In this document: positions 27,344-35,895 of the stretch, one piece after another
Layout of the letters: each line of letters opens with the position of its first letter
How positions within the stretch are numbered: position 1 is the first letter of the stretch
Origin: a virus
Lineage: Duplodnaviria > Caudoviricetes
Virus record (IMG/VR): IMGVR_UViG_3300033182_000038
Span: 1 to 53,560 of that record
DNA: 53,560 nt
Strand: one strand, 5' to 3'
Position numbers and translations under genes: made by a program
Notes under the pieces: generated by a model
Told to the model about the DNA's origin: nothing
The model's input: the letters and a program-made list of their open reading frames with translations, nothing else
Database searches by the model: none

Positions 27344-27729
27344 CCCTCTGGGTAGCTACGCTGCTCGGTTTGTCGTTTTGGTTTGGCGTCTACACAGTTG
27401 CGTACGCGCATGAGATGACGCCGACGTACCCTAAGTGGAGTCCGTCGTATGTCGACGGTGTTATGCAAACATCTATGGAGATGTTTAATAAACGCCAAGA
27501 TGTAGAGTATTATGAAGTTGGAATATTTGACAGTGAGTGGGAGCCTGTACCGTTTGTTAGTAGCTATAAGTTATTGCGGCTTAGGTACTTGGGTCATGTT
27601 AAGTTTGATCTTTACATTCGCCGAGAAGATGTAAAGCGGGCAGAGTATGTGTGTTCAAAGTCAAAGCTGAGGTCAGATAACGGTAAATCGCCGTTGATTT
27701 CCTCGCGGATATGTTCGAGGTTTAAGTGA
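27328..27729 (+). CDS. Exported single-domain pilus-chaperone-like protein
   Basis: Signal peptide AYA|HEMTP; MEMFN strand; C-terminal Cys pair. Pattern resembles the PapD N-domain. Confidence 0.5.
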   Translation: MYSKIALWVATLLGLSFWFGVYTVAYAHEMTPTYPKWSPSYVDGVMQTSMEMFNKRQDVEYYEVGIFDSEWEPVPFVSSYKLLRLRYLGHVKFDLYIRREDVKRAEYVCSKSKLRSDNGKSPLISSRICSRFK

Positions 27730-28160
27730 AAGCTTTGTTTTACCTCGTCGGTTGGTGGCTGCTGATTGTTATTTCTTCGGCTAAAGCCTTAGCTGACAGC
27801 AGCTCACTAAACTTGCAGCTTCCTAACGCGGGTGGCAGCTATCAGTCCGACCACTTTCGAGCCGGTGATTTAGACTGCTCCAACGCTATCGGTGGTAGCA
27901 CGAATGTCGAGTTTGGTGTGACGGGCATTATCAATAATGCGACTAGCCCATTTTCTAGTAACGATCCGCTAAACCCGGAGACTAAAGATATAGGGATGTA
28001 CGCTCGGATTATTATCCCGCTGGACGGCCCTAAAGAACGGATTAACTGCAATACGCTTTACCAACTGGAGCTACAGAAGAAACGCTTAGAGGTGCAGAGG
28101 CTTCAACAGGAACTGGAGAACCTGCGTAAACTACAGTCAACCAGTAAGTTTGAGAACTGA
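27726..28160 (+). CDS. Exported protein with amphipathic beta-hairpin and coiled coil
   Basis: Signal peptide ALA|DSS; NVEFGVTG...IGMYARIIIPL between two Cys; C-terminal heptads. Confidence 0.65.
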   Translation: MKALFYLVGWWLLIVISSAKALADSSSLNLQLPNAGGSYQSDHFRAGDLDCSNAIGGSTNVEFGVTGIINNATSPFSSNDPLNPETKDIGMYARIIIPLDGPKERINCNTLYQLELQKKRLEVQRLQQELENLRKLQSTSKFEN

Positions 28161-28161
28161 T

Positions 28162-28653
28162 ATGGCAGACCTTGGTGACGATCTTGAAAAACTGGAAGGC
28201 TTGGCTGACAAACGGCTCAGCCTATTTGGCTATCGGTTTACTCCTACTCAGTTAGGCATGGCTTTGGCTGCCCTTAGTTCTGTGGTTGGAACTCTCTACG
28301 GCGGCTTCCTCATGTACCAAAAGGTGGAAGAAGTGGCGGGGCTTGACCTAGGTGCGTACCAGCAGAAGATGGATGTGATGGACGCTAAGGTTCAGGAAGC
28401 ACTGGACTACTCCCGTGACATCAAGAATGGGTTGCGTGACGACATATTGCGTATTGAGAAGCAGGCTGACCGAGTCGAGGACATGGTGCGTAACACCGAA
28501 GAAAAAGTCCGCACTTTGATCGATGACGCTGAAATACGTTTTGAGACGAAGCGTGAGCAGCTTAGAATGTCCCAACGAGCTGACCTAAAGGAGCTTGAGG
28601 ACAAGCTTAACAAGCGGGTGCAAGAAGCCCTAGACAACCCTTTAGCGAAATAG
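28162..28653 (+). CDS. Membrane-anchored coiled-coil protein
   Basis: TM (LGMALAALSSVVGTLYGGFLMY) then a long coiled coil ending ALDNPLAK. Confidence 0.75.
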   Translation: MADLGDDLEKLEGLADKRLSLFGYRFTPTQLGMALAALSSVVGTLYGGFLMYQKVEEVAGLDLGAYQQKMDVMDAKVQEALDYSRDIKNGLRDDILRIEKQADRVEDMVRNTEEKVRTLIDDAEIRFETKREQLRMSQRADLKELEDKLNKRVQEALDNPLAK

Positions 28654-28661
28654 GAGGCACT

Positions 28662-28979
28662 ATGTCTGAACTGCTAGATAAATACGACGAGAATGGTAAC
28701 GGTAAGATTGACCCGCACGAGCTGGCGCTTATTGAGCTTGAAGACAAACGCCGTCGTATGGAAGATGACGATGCACAGCGTGACCAGCAGCGCAAGATGA
28801 TCTGGTATGTATTGTTTGGCATGCTGGGCTACCCGTTGTTTGTACTAGGTGCGTCTGTCGCCGGTGTAGACAAGGCTGCTGATCTGATCGCGTCGATGGC
28901 TACGATTTACTTCCCATCTACCAGTTTGCTGGTGGGTGTATTCTTCGGCGTAGACGCCATTAAGAAGAACAAGGATTAA
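28662..28979 (+). CDS. EF-hand + two-TM protein (holin candidate)
   Basis: DENGNGKIDPHE loop; two TMs; basic tail; directly before the spanins. Confidence 0.7.
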   Translation: MSELLDKYDENGNGKIDPHELALIELEDKRRRMEDDDAQRDQQRKMIWYVLFGMLGYPLFVLGASVAGVDKAADLIASMATIYFPSTSLLVGVFFGVDAIKKNKD

Positions 28980-28981
28980 CT

Positions 28982-29431
28982 ATGTTTGGCCTTGGCGGAA
29001 TCCTACCGATGCTGCTTGTGATCTCCACGTTGAGTGGTGGGGTGTACTTTTACTATACATCCACGCAAGAGACGATCCAGCAACTTCGTGAAAACAACTT
29101 TGCGTTAGAAGCTGCTAACAAGACCAATCAGGAAACTATCAGCCGAATGGAAGAGGCAGCAGAGCTTTCTAAGAAGCTGAACAAGGAGCTGACTGAGAAG
29201 TACAACGAAGCTGAATCACGGGTAAATACGTTGAGAGATAAGTTGATCGATCACGACCTAACCAACCTGTCACTGAAAAAACCCGGGCTAATCGAGAAGA
29301 GAATCAACAATGGCACAGATAAAGCATTTAAGCATCTTGAGTCTATTACTACTATTAAGCGGGTGCAGCCTATGGCGGACACCGGAGCCGATAGTAGTAA
29401 CGGAAACAAAGATCAAAACAATTCAGATTGA
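28982..29431 (+). CDS. Inner-membrane spanin (Rz-like)
   Basis: N-terminal TM plus coiled coil; overlaps a lipoprotein gene. Confidence 0.8.
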   Translation: MFGLGGILPMLLVISTLSGGVYFYYTSTQETIQQLRENNFALEAANKTNQETISRMEEAAELSKKLNKELTEKYNEAESRVNTLRDKLIDHDLTNLSLKKPGLIEKRINNGTDKAFKHLESITTIKRVQPMADTGADSSNGNKDQNNSD

Positions 29432-29699
29432 CGTTAAGGAGCATCCTCGCCCACTGTCCATGAAGAATGTTTCGTGGTATGTGGTTACAGCGGATAATCT
29501 GGAAGAGTTTAAGGAACGCTTTAAGAAGGAAACCGGCGGCGAGCTGGTGTTCTATGTGATCTCTGTCGGTGACTACGAGCGGATGGCGATAAACTTTGCG
29601 GACATTACCCGCTATATCGAGCAGCAAAAGCAGTTGATTGTGTACTACGAGCAAGCGATTGAAGCACAAACTAATAGGCCGAAAGGGGACTTACAGTGA
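29310..29699 (+). CDS. Outer-membrane spanin (Rz1-like lipoprotein)
   Basis: Lipobox LLSGC; overlaps the Rz 3' end by 122 nt. Confidence 0.8.
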   Translation: MAQIKHLSILSLLLLLSGCSLWRTPEPIVVTETKIKTIQIDVKEHPRPLSMKNVSWYVVTADNLEEFKERFKKETGGELVFYVISVGDYERMAINFADITRYIEQQKQLIVYYEQAIEAQTNRPKGDLQ

Positions 29700-30205
29700 G
29701 AGATAATTTTGAGAAATGCCTAGACATGTTGCTCCACCACGAAGGTGGGTTCGTGAACCATCCGCAAGACCCCGGTGGCATGACCAACTTGGGTGTGACC
29801 AAGAAAGTTTACGAAGAGTTTGTAGGCCGTGAGGTTGACGAAGCTGAGATGCGTGGACTCACGCCCGCTGATGTCGGCCCACTTTACAAGAAGAACTACT
29901 GGGATAGGGTGAAAGGTGATGATTTACCGTCTGGTGTGGATTGGTGTGTGTTTGATTGGGCTGTCAATTCTGGTACTGGACGCGCAGCCAAAGCCCTCCA
30001 GCGAGCAGTTGGAGCTGAAGCTGACGGAGCCATCGGCCCGGGTACGTTACGTCATGTAGCTGAGCACTCCCCAGAAGATGTTGTCAGAAAAGTACATGCT
30101 GAGCGCCAAGAGTTCTATGAGAATTTGAAAACTTTTGGTACATTTGGTAAAGGCTGGACTCGCCGTAATAACGAGACCCTTGAACAGGCTCTGGAGATGG
30201 TCTAA
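29696..30205 (+). CDS. Endolysin, GH108 + peptidoglycan-binding domain
   Basis: HEGGFVNHPQDPGGMTNLGVT, FDWAVNSG, FGKGWTRR. Confidence 0.93.
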   Translation: MRDNFEKCLDMLLHHEGGFVNHPQDPGGMTNLGVTKKVYEEFVGREVDEAEMRGLTPADVGPLYKKNYWDRVKGDDLPSGVDWCVFDWAVNSGTGRAAKALQRAVGAEADGAIGPGTLRHVAEHSPEDVVRKVHAERQEFYENLKTFGTFGKGWTRRNNETLEQALEMV

Positions 30206-32578
30206 ATGGCTGCCGTAAAGTTAATCAAGTTCTTAGGCGAAGCGCCTAAAATCTCGTCGGAGCTACTGCCCGATGGTGTAGCGCAGCTTGCCTACAACGT
30301 AAAGTTGTATTCAGGGGACTTGATTCCTTACCGCATACCAGCCATCGCCCACAATGCAAACCGTACCGGCACGATCAAAAAGCTGCACGCTTTACGCGAT
30401 CCATCTACAAACGATCTCGTATGGTTGTCATGGACTTCCGATGTAGACATCGTTATCGCGTCTTCGACTGAAGATAACGAGCAGCGTTTCTACTACACCG
30501 GCGATGGCATACCTAAAGTTTCTAACTATGAGCTGGCAACTAACGGGGCAGAACCATACCCCGTCGGGTACTACGATCTTGGTTTGCCACTACCTGACGA
30601 CAGACCGTCGGCGTCTTCTACTTCTTTTACCGTAGTCAGCGCTACACACTACGAGCGAGATTCAGGTAACACTGCTACGTTCTGGTGCTCTGGCAATCAC
30701 AACCTACGCACAGGCAACGTCGTAACTGTCCGCGATTTTGGTACGAGCGACGAGGCAAAAGCCTTCAATGCTAAGAACGTGGAAGTTACGGTTATCAGCG
30801 ACACTGAGTTCCAGTACTACAGTCCGGGTGACGCAGTATCAAAAACTTCTAATACCTCAGGCCGCGCTGATCTAGCCGGTAACACACAGATTCGCACATA
30901 TATTTACACATGGATGACACCGTGGGGTGAGGAATCAATCCCATCGAACCCGTCTGCGGAGGTGTACGTTAAGGAAGGCCAGACCGTTACTGTGTCTAGC
31001 CTACCGACGAGCCGACCATCTGGAGATAACTTTATCCGTGGTATTGCTCTGTACCGGTCTGTGTCGTCTGCGTCAGAGACAGAGTTCCTGCGCCTTGGCT
31101 ATCTATGGTTCCCGCTGGCTACTGCGCGTGTTGAGCGTGTGAGCAACGAGTCGATTGTTACCTTCGCTGACCACCACAACCTTATCGTTGACGACCGGTT
31201 CAAGCTCAATGGCTGTACCCAGTCCAGTTTTGATGGGGAGTGGACGGTTAAAGAAGTCGTGGACGACTACACCGTTGTGTTCGACCAGACTGCGTCCGAT
31301 GTGGGCGATACCGCAGATACCACTGGTACGATGTACCACGACGTGTCCGAACTCCTAGATTTCCCTGCCCGCTACTGGGGCGACGGCAGCTACGACTTTA
31401 CAGATGATTTCAACGTCAACAACCTGTTCGACGCGATTGAGTCTGAGATGTACGATCCTCCTCCTGAGGGTTTACAGGGGCTGCGTGCCGCGCAGAACAA
31501 CGTTCTCGTAGGTTTCTTCGATAACCAAGTATGTTTCTCCGAACCTGACCACCCGTGGGCATGGCCGGTTGACTACCGCATTACCCTTGAATCTAACATT
31601 GTCGCGGTCGAGCCTGTCGCGGGCTTTATCGTGGTGCTGACGGAAGAATACCCATACCTAATCGACGGTAGTGACCCTGCAATTATGAAGGCGTCGCGTA
31701 TCGATACGCTCTACCCATGCTTGTCCAAGCGCTCTGTAGTAAACATGGGTGCAAAGTCAGGCGGGGTTATGTGGGCAACTCACGGCGGACTAGCGGTGTT
31801 CTCGCCAGCTTCTGGCATAGACATCGTAACCAAACTTGTCCACGACTGGGATACTTGGGAGACAAACCTAGACCCGAGTACCCTAGTAGGGCACTTCTAC
31901 AATGGTAAATACTTCGGCTCACACTCAGCCGGGTCGTTTATTTTTGAGCGTGATGACAAGGTTGGCGGGTATTTCGTAACTATCCAGTACACGTTCTCGA
32001 CTGCGTATACCGACCAGCTTAACAACATCCTGTATTACGTCGGGGATAACAACGGTAATATTTATGAGTGGGATAACCCAGACCAAGTGTTGTCCCCAAT
32101 GGAGTGGAAGTCCAAAACGATTGTAACTAGGGACTACATGAACCTAGGTGCTGCACGCGTTATCGCTGATTACACTCTGCCGGACACTGAGGCGGAGAAT
32201 ATTGCTGCGTATAACTTGACAGTGGCTCCGTATAACAACGCTATCTGGGCTAAGAGTATCCAGCTAGGCTGTGTCAACGGCCCGACAGACTATACGGACG
32301 CAGGCTCTCGCGTGGAAAACCAAGGGTGCTTAAATACTTTCCCTATTAACGGAGATGGGCAAACCCGCTCGCTCAAGGAAATAACCGGCACACTTCCTGT
32401 AACGTTTAAGCTGTGGGCAGATAAGACGCTGATCTTCCAAGGTACAGTTGCGTCGTCGGATATTTTCCGCTTACCTACGGGGTATCGTTCTGATACGTTT
32501 GAAGTGGCTGTGTCAGGTTCTGCTAGAGTTAGGGCCATTCACATTGGCGAAACACCTTACGGATTGAGGACAGCATAA
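30206..32578 (+). CDS. Tail hub/nozzle (P22 gp10/T7 gp12-like) with two inserted beta domains
   Basis: 790 aa, beta-rich; FSEP..PWAWP, CLSKRS, FRLPTG; precedes the ejection genes. Confidence 0.7.
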   Translation: MAAVKLIKFLGEAPKISSELLPDGVAQLAYNVKLYSGDLIPYRIPAIAHNANRTGTIKKLHALRDPSTNDLVWLSWTSDVDIVIASSTEDNEQRFYYTGDGIPKVSNYELATNGAEPYPVGYYDLGLPLPDDRPSASSTSFTVVSATHYERDSGNTATFWCSGNHNLRTGNVVTVRDFGTSDEAKAFNAKNVEVTVISDTEFQYYSPGDAVSKTSNTSGRADLAGNTQIRTYIYTWMTPWGEESIPSNPSAEVYVKEGQTVTVSSLPTSRPSGDNFIRGIALYRSVSSASETEFLRLGYLWFPLATARVERVSNESIVTFADHHNLIVDDRFKLNGCTQSSFDGEWTVKEVVDDYTVVFDQTASDVGDTADTTGTMYHDVSELLDFPARYWGDGSYDFTDDFNVNNLFDAIESEMYDPPPEGLQGLRAAQNNVLVGFFDNQVCFSEPDHPWAWPVDYRITLESNIVAVEPVAGFIVVLTEEYPYLIDGSDPAIMKASRIDTLYPCLSKRSVVNMGAKSGGVMWATHGGLAVFSPASGIDIVTKLVHDWDTWETNLDPSTLVGHFYNGKYFGSHSAGSFIFERDDKVGGYFVTIQYTFSTAYTDQLNNILYYVGDNNGNIYEWDNPDQVLSPMEWKSKTIVTRDYMNLGAARVIADYTLPDTEAENIAAYNLTVAPYNNAIWAKSIQLGCVNGPTDYTDAGSRVENQGCLNTFPINGDGQTRSLKEITGTLPVTFKLWADKTLIFQGTVASSDIFRLPTGYRSDTFEVAVSGSARVRAIHIGETPYGLRTA

Positions 32579-32925
32579 TGGCTAGATTTACCACTATCCC
32601 TAACGTCCCGCAGGGCGGCATGACCGACTGGCAGACTATCTTGATCTCACAGGTCAAAGAGAACATCGAACTGCTAACTGGACAGCGGAATGAAGGCGAC
32701 GGCGCTAGCCGCGCTGTAACCAAGGGTGATATTACGTTGCTCGAACTGCCACTACAGGACATGAAACAAGTGTCAGCTAAGGGTACAGGGTATACAATTA
32801 GCAGTCAGGAAGTGGCAGGGCTTGATGATTATGGTAAGTTAATTAACGATGTACAAACTTTGGCAAACGACTTAGCATATACACGACAAGCACTTAACCT
32901 GCTAATTCGTCAACTTAAGAGGTAA
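32578..32925 (+). CDS. Virion protein (tail needle/plug candidate)
   Basis: KENIELLTGQR; C-terminal coiled coil; position after the hub. Confidence 0.55.
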   Translation: MARFTTIPNVPQGGMTDWQTILISQVKENIELLTGQRNEGDGASRAVTKGDITLLELPLQDMKQVSAKGTGYTISSQEVAGLDDYGKLINDVQTLANDLAYTRQALNLLIRQLKR

Positions 32926-33801
32926 GTGATGGAGACTAACGATACAAACCAAAACAACGGACTCGCCCCACAAGGCGACCCAATGGCGGAAATTTCTAGC
33001 TTTCCATCAGAGCCTATTACTGCGCTTGTCGCAAACACCACTTCTTTAGATGTACCGCCACCTCTTTTGGCGATCATGCAAATGCCGACTACTGCTATTA
33101 ACCAGCAAGGTATCGGCCAGATTCCTACAGGAGTATCAGCCGGTATGAACCCACAAGCACCCGTACTAGATTTTCGTTCACAACCATCGTATGCCGTAGG
33201 CGGTCAAGTTGGCCCGGGCGGTACACCGATTCGCCCTGCTGGTATCCAGCCGCAAGGTGGTCAGGCTGGTGGCAACATGAACCCTAAGATGCTGGACATG
33301 CAAGTTCAGGACTTTATGAATAAGAACCCTGAAGTTGTTGCTCGTATCCGTGCGGCGATTGAAGCTGGTTTACAGTCCGGTGAGTTGACCCAGCAAGAGC
33401 TGAACATGGCAATCCAGTTGGCGCAGGTTGTCCTACAGAATCCTGAGATGTATCCGCAGATTCGCCGCTTCGCCATCCAGCAAGGCTTGGCTGATGAGCA
33501 GGATTTGTCTCCGCAGTACGACCAAGGTCTGGTTATGGCAATCCTTATGGCTGCTAAGGCGATGCAAGCTGATGTACAGATTCAGTCTGCTGGTGGCCAA
33601 GGTATGCAGTCTGCTCAGATGCAGCAGCCGATGGCTTCTATGCGTTCTGGCGGTAAGTTGCCTGAGAACAGCCCTAACCAAGACGGCTCAATTCCGATTA
33701 CTGCCCACGAGGGTGAGTATGTAATTCCAGCCCATGTCGTAAAGGCGAAGGGTACTGAGTTCTTCGATAGTCTGTTGACCAAGTACTCGGAAGGTAAGTG
33801 A
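32926..33801 (+). CDS. Gln/Met-rich internal virion protein with C-terminal GG..GEYVIP domain
   Basis: YAVGGQV; MRSGGKL...AHEGEYVIPAHVV..KGTEFF. Confidence 0.65.
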   Translation: MMETNDTNQNNGLAPQGDPMAEISSFPSEPITALVANTTSLDVPPPLLAIMQMPTTAINQQGIGQIPTGVSAGMNPQAPVLDFRSQPSYAVGGQVGPGGTPIRPAGIQPQGGQAGGNMNPKMLDMQVQDFMNKNPEVVARIRAAIEAGLQSGELTQQELNMAIQLAQVVLQNPEMYPQIRRFAIQQGLADEQDLSPQYDQGLVMAILMAAKAMQADVQIQSAGGQGMQSAQMQQPMASMRSGGKLPENSPNQDGSIPITAHEGEYVIPAHVVKAKGTEFFDSLLTKYSEGK

Positions 33802-34292
33802 TGCTGTCTGTGGTAGAAAAAGAGCAGGAAGTTAAGAAGCCGTCGTTAGACGACTACCATCCTGTACTGCTCGCCACACAGGAACTTCTTGATAGATACT
33901 GGCCTCAGGCAGCGGTTCACCTAGAGCGCGTGGTAAACGAAGCCATGCACGGTGAGCTAACAGTAGACGATATTTACGACGCGGCCTTACATGGCCGTAT
34001 GTACGTTATGGTAGCTAAGAATGACGACTTAGAACTACCAGATGTGAAGTTTGTATTGGTGATGGAAATTCGCCAGTACCCACGCTATGCAGCTATGAAT
34101 GTAGTGGCTATTGCAGGCTCTGATCTGCGTCATTTAATGAAGCGGTTTTGGGGCAAAATTTGTTCTTGGGCGTACATCAACGGTGTACGAATGATTGAAT
34201 GTTCAGTTGCACCAGCAATGGAGCGCATCCTGTCAGGTGCTGGGTTTGAACGCCACTATGTCCAGATGCGACAGGATTTAACGGAGGTCTAA
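33798..34292 (+). CDS. GNAT-fold protein (P22 gp14/T7 gp13 positional analogue)
   Basis: VAIAG..W...IEC..PAMERIL..GF pattern; directly before the ejection genes. Confidence 0.6.
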   Translation: MMLSVVEKEQEVKKPSLDDYHPVLLATQELLDRYWPQAAVHLERVVNEAMHGELTVDDIYDAALHGRMYVMVAKNDDLELPDVKFVLVMEIRQYPRYAAMNVVAIAGSDLRHLMKRFWGKICSWAYINGVRMIECSVAPAMERILSGAGFERHYVQMRQDLTEV

Positions 34293-34293
34293 C

Positions 34294-35883
34294 ATGACGC
34301 GTATCGATTACTTCCCCCTCAATCCGATTGCGGAAGCTATCGGTCAAGCTTATGAAACCGAGCATAAAGGCGGCGGCATCACTAAGGTTGTAGCAGTTGT
34401 TGCGGCAGTTGCTATTCCGATTGCTGCTCCGGCTATCGCTAGCTCGCTCGGTGTCTCCGCTGCTGTCTCAGGTGCGCTAGGCGCGGCTGCTGGCGTAGTG
34501 ACTACCGCTGGTTCGGTGATTGGTTCAGCCATCGTTGGCGCTGGTCTGGGTGCGATTACCGCAGCCGTGACCGGCCAAGACATTAAGAAGGGCGCTCTGA
34601 TGGGCGGTCTGTCTGGCGGTGTATCAGGTTACATCAGTGCTCCTACCCAGCAGGCTCAGATGCTTGCGGCTCAGGAAGCTGCGTTTACAGAAGGTGTGGT
34701 TAACCCATCACTGACTGCTCCGGGCGCTACTGCTACCGGTTATGACGCTGCCTTTGCATTGGGTGGCGGCGCTCCTGTTACGACCATTGATCCTATCACT
34801 GGTATGGAGACTACGACTAACGCTTACGGCGAGACTATTGATCCTAACACTGGGCAGCCTATCTCTCAGACTGGTCAAGGCTCACTCGGAGATCAGTTGT
34901 CTAACACCGCACCTCAGACTGAGCAGGCTCGTATGCTTGCTGAGCAAGACGCTGCGTTCTTAGGCGACACTCCTGCTTACACCAGTGCCAATCAGTACGT
35001 TTCTCCGGGCGGTATGACTGACCAGCAGTACATGTTGGCCCAGCAGGGCGCAGGTATGGAAGCTCCGATGACTACGGCTAGCACGGTGAACCCACCGGCT
35101 GGCCTGAACACCGCATCGGCTCCGGTTGCTCCGCCTTCAGCTCCGCCTGTAGCCCCTGTTGCAGCTACTACGGTTCCAAAGGCTAACAGCTTCCTTGAAG
35201 CGATGAAGCAAGTACCGTCAGCACTGGCTAATAAGTTTACTGATCCTAACCGTCTTGCTGACCTTGCGTTGCAAGCTGGTGCTCAGTTGGCTGGTCAGGC
35301 TATTAACGGTACGCCTCCGATGTCTGAAGCTGAACAGCAGTTCTATGACATGCAGTTGGCTGAACTCGGTGCTCTGAAAGAGAAAGACGAAGCTGCGTTC
35401 CAAGCTCGCTTGGATGGTGCAACTGACTTGCTGAATCAAGCTGGTTACTGGGATCCAAGTTACATGGCTGGTCAGTCTGCCAATACTGCGGCTATCAGTG
35501 CGGCCCGTGCTAAACGTGAGGCTCAGCGTTCCGCTGGCCTGCGTACTGGTAGAGGCTTCTCGGCTGCTGATGAGCGTCGTTTCAACTTGCAAGCTGCTCG
35601 TAACGTGGGTTCTGCGTACGATAAGGGCTTCCAACAAGGTATGGAAGGTCAGACTAAGTTGACTGAAGCTGGACTCAAATCCATCCCAACAGCTAGCACT
35701 ACCTACATGTCTCAGTTGGCTAACCTCAATACTCAAGCGAATAAGATGGAAGAGCGTCGTGCAGCGGCTGCTGAGAACACCACTGACTTCTTGGGTCGTT
35801 TGATGGGTACAAGTAGCACAGTATCTGATGAAGACAAACAATACCTAGCAGCAGGTAAAGCACTCGCTGGCAAAATCGGCTAA
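34294..35883 (+). CDS. DNA ejection protein (P22 gp7-like N-terminus)
   Basis: Short leader ending EHKGGG, then long G/A-rich hydrophobic helices and an A/Q-rich body. Confidence 0.65.
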   Translation: MTRIDYFPLNPIAEAIGQAYETEHKGGGITKVVAVVAAVAIPIAAPAIASSLGVSAAVSGALGAAAGVVTTAGSVIGSAIVGAGLGAITAAVTGQDIKKGALMGGLSGGVSGYISAPTQQAQMLAAQEAAFTEGVVNPSLTAPGATATGYDAAFALGGGAPVTTIDPITGMETTTNAYGETIDPNTGQPISQTGQGSLGDQLSNTAPQTEQARMLAEQDAAFLGDTPAYTSANQYVSPGGMTDQQYMLAQQGAGMEAPMTTASTVNPPAGLNTASAPVAPPSAPPVAPVAATTVPKANSFLEAMKQVPSALANKFTDPNRLADLALQAGAQLAGQAINGTPPMSEAEQQFYDMQLAELGALKEKDEAAFQARLDGATDLLNQAGYWDPSYMAGQSANTAAISAARAKREAQRSAGLRTGRGFSAADERRFNLQAARNVGSAYDKGFQQGMEGQTKLTEAGLKSIPTASTTYMSQLANLNTQANKMEERRAAAAENTTDFLGRLMGTSSTVSDEDKQYLAAGKALAGKIG

Positions 35884-35895
35884 GGAGACTCAGCA

